Source: Eledone cirrhosa (lineage: Eukaryota). From it: a stretch of DNA of 64,000 bases. Positions 58,433-64,000 of the stretch are shown piece after piece. Location: NCBI GenBank assembly GCA_964016885.1, contig OZ024742.1, forward strand, positions 118,110,001 through 118,174,000. Direction: 5' to 3'. Within the stretch, counting starts at the first letter, position 1; every line of letters begins with the position of its first letter. The translations under genes and the position numbers were made by a program. The notes beneath the pieces were generated by a model that made no database searches, was not told where the DNA came from, and worked only from the letters and a program-made list of their open reading frames with translations.

Positions 58433-58470
58433 CAAGAACAATTGTTTCACCTTAGCGGATCCTCAGCTCG
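58433..58470 (-). ncRNA. Type I hammerhead (mirror copy)
   Basis: cgag-CTGAGGA-tccgctaaggt-GAAA-caattg-TT-cttg. Confidence 0.72.
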
Positions 58471-59978
58471 TAATGGACATGGTTATTCGGAACAGGAAGG
58501 ACAACCGTACGAACGCGCATGCGCAGAAACGATCACTTCACACAGGCAATACTAAAATGCGTGCGAGGGGTGTAAGGAAGATAACTGCGAAAGTCCGGAA
58601 AGTTTCTAGTTGATAAGAAAATTAAGATGTTATTGTAATACAATCCGGAGCTTTGTAGTTACGTAAGAGGTGTTTCGAGACGTGTGGACAACATGTGAAG
58701 AAATCATTTCTCGTGTTAGGCAATCGCTATTCATAATCTCTTTAGAATATTTATTCGTTCACCAATATATAGTCCACACGACGGATTTCCCCTTGCGTAT
58801 GGCTTGGACTTAGTGATGGCTTTCCATTGAATGGAGTAGTCTATACTTGAGTCCTTGAGGGACCATACGTGGCTCGCGAGTTTCATGGATGAACCTCTGT
58901 CCAAGTACCTAAGTGTCGACTGGTGGTTCAGGAAGCATTTTTTAAATCGGCCCTCAGCCATACCCACATAGGATTTGACCTCCTGTGGTTGATTTAGTCG
59001 GTTGGAAGTGACCACAGCTTCATAAACTACAGCGGGTGTGTTGCATTTCTGGTATTTATGACCTATGGGAAGGTGTCTATCTAATAGGGCTAGAAATTGT
59101 TTGCCTACATGGGTTTTAATGTTGAGTGAGAAGGGAGGAGAAAACCAGATAGTTTGTCTATTGTTACGCTTTCATTTCTTCTCACTCAACGTTAAAACCA
59201 ATGTAGGCAACACATTTCTAGCCTCCTTAGATAGACACTTTCCCATAGATCATAAATACCACTCCATCTTTAACCGACACAAAGTAAAACTAGCATACTC
59301 CTGCGCTAAGAACATGAAGGCCCACATCACCAACAGCCCTAAGAGCAACACCCCACCAGGGTGCTCTTGTCGTAGCCCCAAGCTTGTCCACTTCAACAGC
59401 AATGCAACACACCCGCTGTCGTTTATGAAGCTGTGGTCACTTCCAACGGACCAAATCAACCACAGGAGGTCAAATCCTATGTGGGTATGGTGGAGGGCCG
59501 ATTTAAGGAACGCTTCCTGAACCACCAGTCGACATTTAGGTACACAGACAGACGTTCATCCACGAAACTCGCGAGCCACGTCTGGTCCCTCAAGGACTCA
59601 AGTATAGACTACTCCATTCAATGGAAATCCATCACTAAGTCCAAGCCATACGTAAGTGGAAATCCGTCGTGTGGACTATGTATTGATGAACGATTAAATA
59701 TTCTAAAGAGATTATGCAATAGCGATTGCCTAAACACGAGAAATGATTTCTTCACACGTTCTCCACACGTCTCGAAACACCTCTTACGTAACTACAAAGC
59801 TCTGGATTGAATTACAACAACATCCTAATTTTCTTATCAACTAGAAACTTTCCAGACTTTCGCAGTTATCTCCTTACAGCTCTCGCACGCATTTTAGTAT
59901 TGCCTGTGTGAAGTGATCGTTTCTGCGCATGCGCGTTCGTAAGGTTGTCCTTCCTGTTCCGTATAACCATGTCCATTA

Positions 59979-60016
59979 CGAGCTGAGGATCCGCTAGGGT
60001 GAAACAATTGTTCTCG
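59979..60016 (+). ncRNA. Type I hammerhead ribozyme
   Basis: cgag-CTGAGGA-tccgctagggt-GAAA-caattg-TT-ctcg. Confidence 0.78.
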
Positions 60017-60266
60017 GTATGGTGAACTAACTGTTGTGTAACCATTTCTACCTAACTTGTCCCATGGACTGAGTGCTCTACCACTACGGATATTACCTTC
60101 CAGTGTTCTACCACTATATATATATAGTTTTAATATAGAAAAGCTTCTACAGGACTAGAACTGTTTCATTCAGGAAACTGGCTGTCCAAGTAAATGGTAG
60201 TATTTATGTCTTTCCTTATCTGGTGGTAGGAGAGGGTGGGGATTGGGATGGGTGTAGGTCATTGGT

Positions 60267-60297
<31 letters not shown>

Positions 60298-60824
60298 GAT
60301 TTCTTCACACGTTCTCCACACGTCTCGAAACACCTCTTACGTAACTACAAAGCTCTGGATTGAATTACAACAACATCCTAATTTTCTTATCAACTAGATA
60401 ATATAATTTTATAATTTTCTTATCTTACGTCTCTCATATTATTGTTCTGCAACCCCATGCATTGAACCACAATGTTACTAAGACAAAACCTATATATTTG
60501 CTAGCATTGATATGCATCTGTATGTATATAAATGTTACTAGATATAAATTCTTTATAATTATCTCCAATTCATTTGTCGAGCAATATTGGCCATGACTGC
60601 TGCTATAGTAGTAGGCAGGCCGCAGTCTTATTAACAACTCGCTTTCCACTGATTGACCTCGATGTCACGTGATTGATTCTTTTTAATTTGCCACAGACGT
60701 AGAGGCAGTGATTTTCTCAATGGCTAGGATTTCAGTCCACGCTTCGCTATTTCCTTTCCACTGAATTATTTTTTTAATAAGTTTCCAGAGTCCTCGCTAT
60801 GCCTGGAAACTTACATGAAAATAG

Positions 60825-60906
60825 ACTTTCCTGACGACGGAATGCTTTTCTATATATTCTTCGGAAAATATATTTACTCTATTCCAGAAACTAATTAGTT
60901 GGAAGT
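60825..60906 (+). ncRNA. Type I hammerhead ribozyme with 49-nt stem II region
   Basis: actttc-CTGACGA-[c ggaat...atatatt cttcgga aaatatat...attcc a]-GAAA-ctaattag-TT-ggaagt. Confidence 0.78.
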
Positions 60907-60971
60907 GATATTTTAGTAAGTAAGTCAATTTTATAAATTTTTTAATAATTTTATAATCTTCTTATCTTACG

Positions 60972-61060
<89 letters not shown>

Positions 61061-61839
61061 CAAGGTTTAGCAAATAAGAAAAAGTTTCAAAATAAATTTC
61101 AAAAGATTCACTGTACTCACTATGGTTGCCTTTACCGAATCGGTTTCGAGTCTCAAAAATAAATGGGCAGTCCTTGCGGCCTTCCATTGAAAAGATAAAC
61201 TCTCGTCAGAGGGTTCTTTTCACTCGAAGAATATAAAATTCCCGAGTTCAAATTACGAACTGGCGCTATTCAAAATCGTTCCCGAGATGAGAATGAATGA
61301 TGTGGAAGCAATTCTGTCCAGTGCCGTGTGTAAAGATAGAAGCAGAGGCAGGGAGGTCAGTCAACTTCCACTATAAATATCAGCAGTCAAAACGACCAAA
61401 TTTTATCTCGACCAAGAGGAGAATAATAATAATAAAGTATATATCCCTACACGCAAAAAGCGTCCAACTTCACTATAGGGGTTAACCCCAACACTTTAGT
61501 CTTTTGATGGAACCTTTCTGCCTTTGTCACCCTTATTTCAGTCTTAAAGAATTAGCTGCTAAAGAATTTTCCTTTTCTTTAAACCATTGAACCCACCCAT
61601 CCTTTAGACACCTGTCTTACACGCATTGTTACTTTAAGTGATAAACAAGGATTGGTATTTTGAACTTGTTTACAGTATTCTTTCTGCCTTTGTTATTATT
61701 ATAGCTTATAAGAATTAGCTTTTAATGAACTCCCTTTTCTTTAAATCCTTCAACCAATGACCTACACCCATCCCAATCCCCACCCTTTCCTACCACCAGA
61801 TAAGGAAAGACATAAATACTACCATTTACTTGGACAGCC

Positions 61840-61890
61840 AGCTTCCTGATGATTTCTCACGAATGAAACAGTTCTAGTCTCGTAGAAGCT
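61840..61890 (+). ncRNA. Type I hammerhead ribozyme (family of 687-738)
   Basis: agcttc-CTGATGA-t ttc tcac gaa t-GAAA-cagttctagtctcg-TA-gaagct. Stem III partly decayed. Confidence 0.68.
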
Positions 61891-61971
61891 CTTCTATATT
61901 AACACTTTTATACTCTGCTATATATTGAGTACCTTACTTACTGTGGTTACCTCCTATTCAACCCGGAATAA

Positions 61972-62014
<43 letters not shown>

Positions 62015-62205
62015 ATCAGCTCAAGGTTCGATGATATGTATCGATCTATATGTATATATATATATATATATGGATTGTAACGTCCACTTTTGATTCCAGA
62101 GTCAGGCTACATCGATACAAATCATCGAACCTTGAACTGATCAATTGCGAAACGCGCGGCAATACTCAATAAACGTACTGATGACATAAGAAATCGTCCT
62201 CTTGA

Positions 62206-62572
62206 TTTGGCAGTATCGGTAGAGGGTCGGACGCCATGCTTTCCAGCACAGTTACGTCCCTTTATGGTCTGAGTTCAAATCCCGCCGAGGTTAACTTCTC
62301 CTTTCATCCTTAAGGGATGGATAAAATCAAGTATCAGTAATGTACTGGAATAATTGCTGGCCTTGTGCCAAAAGTAGAAACAATTATTATTAGGCAGTAT
62401 CGGTAGAGGGTCTGACGCCATGCTTTGCAGCAAAGAGTTACCTCCCTTTATGATCCGAGTTCAAATCCCGCCAAGGTTAACTTTGCCTTTCATCCTTACG
62501 GGGTCGATAAAATAAAGTACCAGTAATACACTGGGATAATTGCTGGCCTTGTGCTAAAAGTAGAAACAATTA
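62206..62572 (+). mobile_element. Two tandem tRNA-derived SINEs
   Basis: Same family as 28572. Confidence 0.85.
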
Positions 62573-62721
62573 TTTAACATCCGTTTTTCCTGCTAACAAC
62601 ATTTGGAGGGCTTTCGCAGACCATGTCAATACTCAAGCGGAGCTACCGACCTCTCTGACGGGCCGGAGCCCTACATTTCGCTTACTTGCGTGCTCTACTG
62701 AGTGACAGCACTAGGCAGGTA

Positions 62722-62848
<127 letters not shown>

Positions 62849-62961
62849 GTGTGTATATAATATATATATATATATAATATATATATATATATGTATGTAT
62901 ATATATATACATATATATACATATGGACACATATATATACATACACACACACACAACACAC

Positions 62962-63003
<42 letters not shown>

Positions 63004-63015
63004 GGACACATATGT

Positions 63016-63048
<33 letters not shown>

Positions 63049-63400
63049 TATATATGTATATATATATATATATGGGATAACAAGTTATCGTTATAGGTAA
63101 TCCAGTTAGAGGTTGTGAGTACTCTGTATTGTGGATAGTTTTAACGTACGGCTTTGTTTGACTCAACAAGATGTTTCCATAGTTAGGTCGCGAGTTCGCG
63201 AGAATTCCTATACAGGTTATACTTGGAGTAATAATAGTGATTAGCGGCCTTTAGACTCACATAATCAATGAAACAATTGTTAATACTTGAAATAAAACCC
63301 CTTGTTGTACTGCCGACCATGTTATTCTTCAATCTTCCACTATATATATATATATACAATGATATTAAATAAATGGAAACTATATTTATAAAACCATATT

Positions 63401-63462
63401 TATTCTATTATATATATTTCAAGGGTACCAAAACCTTTGGTACGCTATCATCAGATAAAATA
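63401..63462 (-). ncRNA. Type I hammerhead ribozyme
   Basis: Minus strand: tattttat-CTGATGA-t ag c gtaccaaa ggt tttggtac c ct t-GAAA-tatata-TA-atagaata. Confidence 0.82.
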
Positions 63463-64000
63463 CAAAATGTTTTATAAATATCTGACATGACCAAGGATAA
63501 TATACCTTAACGGTTCAAGTTATCCCTGGAAAGTGAAGGGAAGAGAGAAGAAAAGTCAGATATTTAAAATTATTAATATGAGTATGCAAATGATGTGTAT
63601 ATTAAAGGGCTGAAAAAACGTTATTTTAGACGCTATGGAAAATTTTAATATTTATTATAAGGAAGGAAAAGAATAACGTTAATTTGGGGGAAAAGATTTT
63701 TGTTACATATATTATGAGTTATAAAATTATATGAAGAATTATGGGTGTAAGTATTTACATTAGGATAGGTTATATGTATATAAATATCTCTATATATATT
63801 AATAAGTTGCGTATACATTGATTGTTTATATAAACAAATATGAGTTACGAAGGATGTTGAACATTTTATTTTCAAGTTGTGAGATTAGAATAATTTGTGG
63901 ATTCAAAAATTTCAACATTGAGAATGTTTTCAGAATATTGTTAATTTAACGAAGCTATATAAATTATCAAACTCAAATTGTTAAAGAAGAAGGAAAAGGA

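Larger units (their letters stand above)
58403..60115 (+). mobile_element. 5'-truncated Penelope-like element with inverted arms
   Basis: 58403-59047 is inverted relative to about 59403-60047. GIY-YIG (SYVGMVEGRFKERFLNH..CGLC) in both arms, HHR in each. Confidence 0.9.
60130..61972 (+). mobile_element. PLE-terminus element with inverted terminal copy (family of 634-820), containing nested inserts
   Basis: 60130-60267 is the reverse complement of about 61752-61903. Confidence 0.6.

Noticed and set aside
62178-62198. CTGATGA-cataa-GAAA-tcGTC
   Set aside because: No stem II and no convincing stem I. It could be a decayed core but is not supportable.

Overview
This is AT-rich, microsatellite-dense eukaryotic (animal) DNA. 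The repeat content suggests a coleoid cephalopod such as octopus, but that is an inference. One intact host gene is present: a single-exon class A GPCR on the minus strand (53110-54708), aminergic/muscarinic-like but with Arg instead of Asp at position 3.32. Almost everything else is mobile DNA: at least four Penelope-like elements (PLEs), a Tx1-type LINE, an RTE LINE with its non-autonomous partner, REL-type LINE fragments, a decayed mariner, a MITE and many tRNA-derived SINEs. The strongest unannotated signal is about 16 type I hammerhead ribozyme (HHR) cores, read by eye, from about 11 unrelated sequence families. Most sit in PLE termini or in short non-coding inserts within (TA)n tracts. 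Three families have a greatly extended stem II (49-99 nt) and share a C·A apposition at 10.1/11.1. Many inserts are fold-backs whose breakpoints fall on the ribozyme, one exactly at the predicted cleavage site. All structures were inferred by manual base-pairing; no folding or database search was run.
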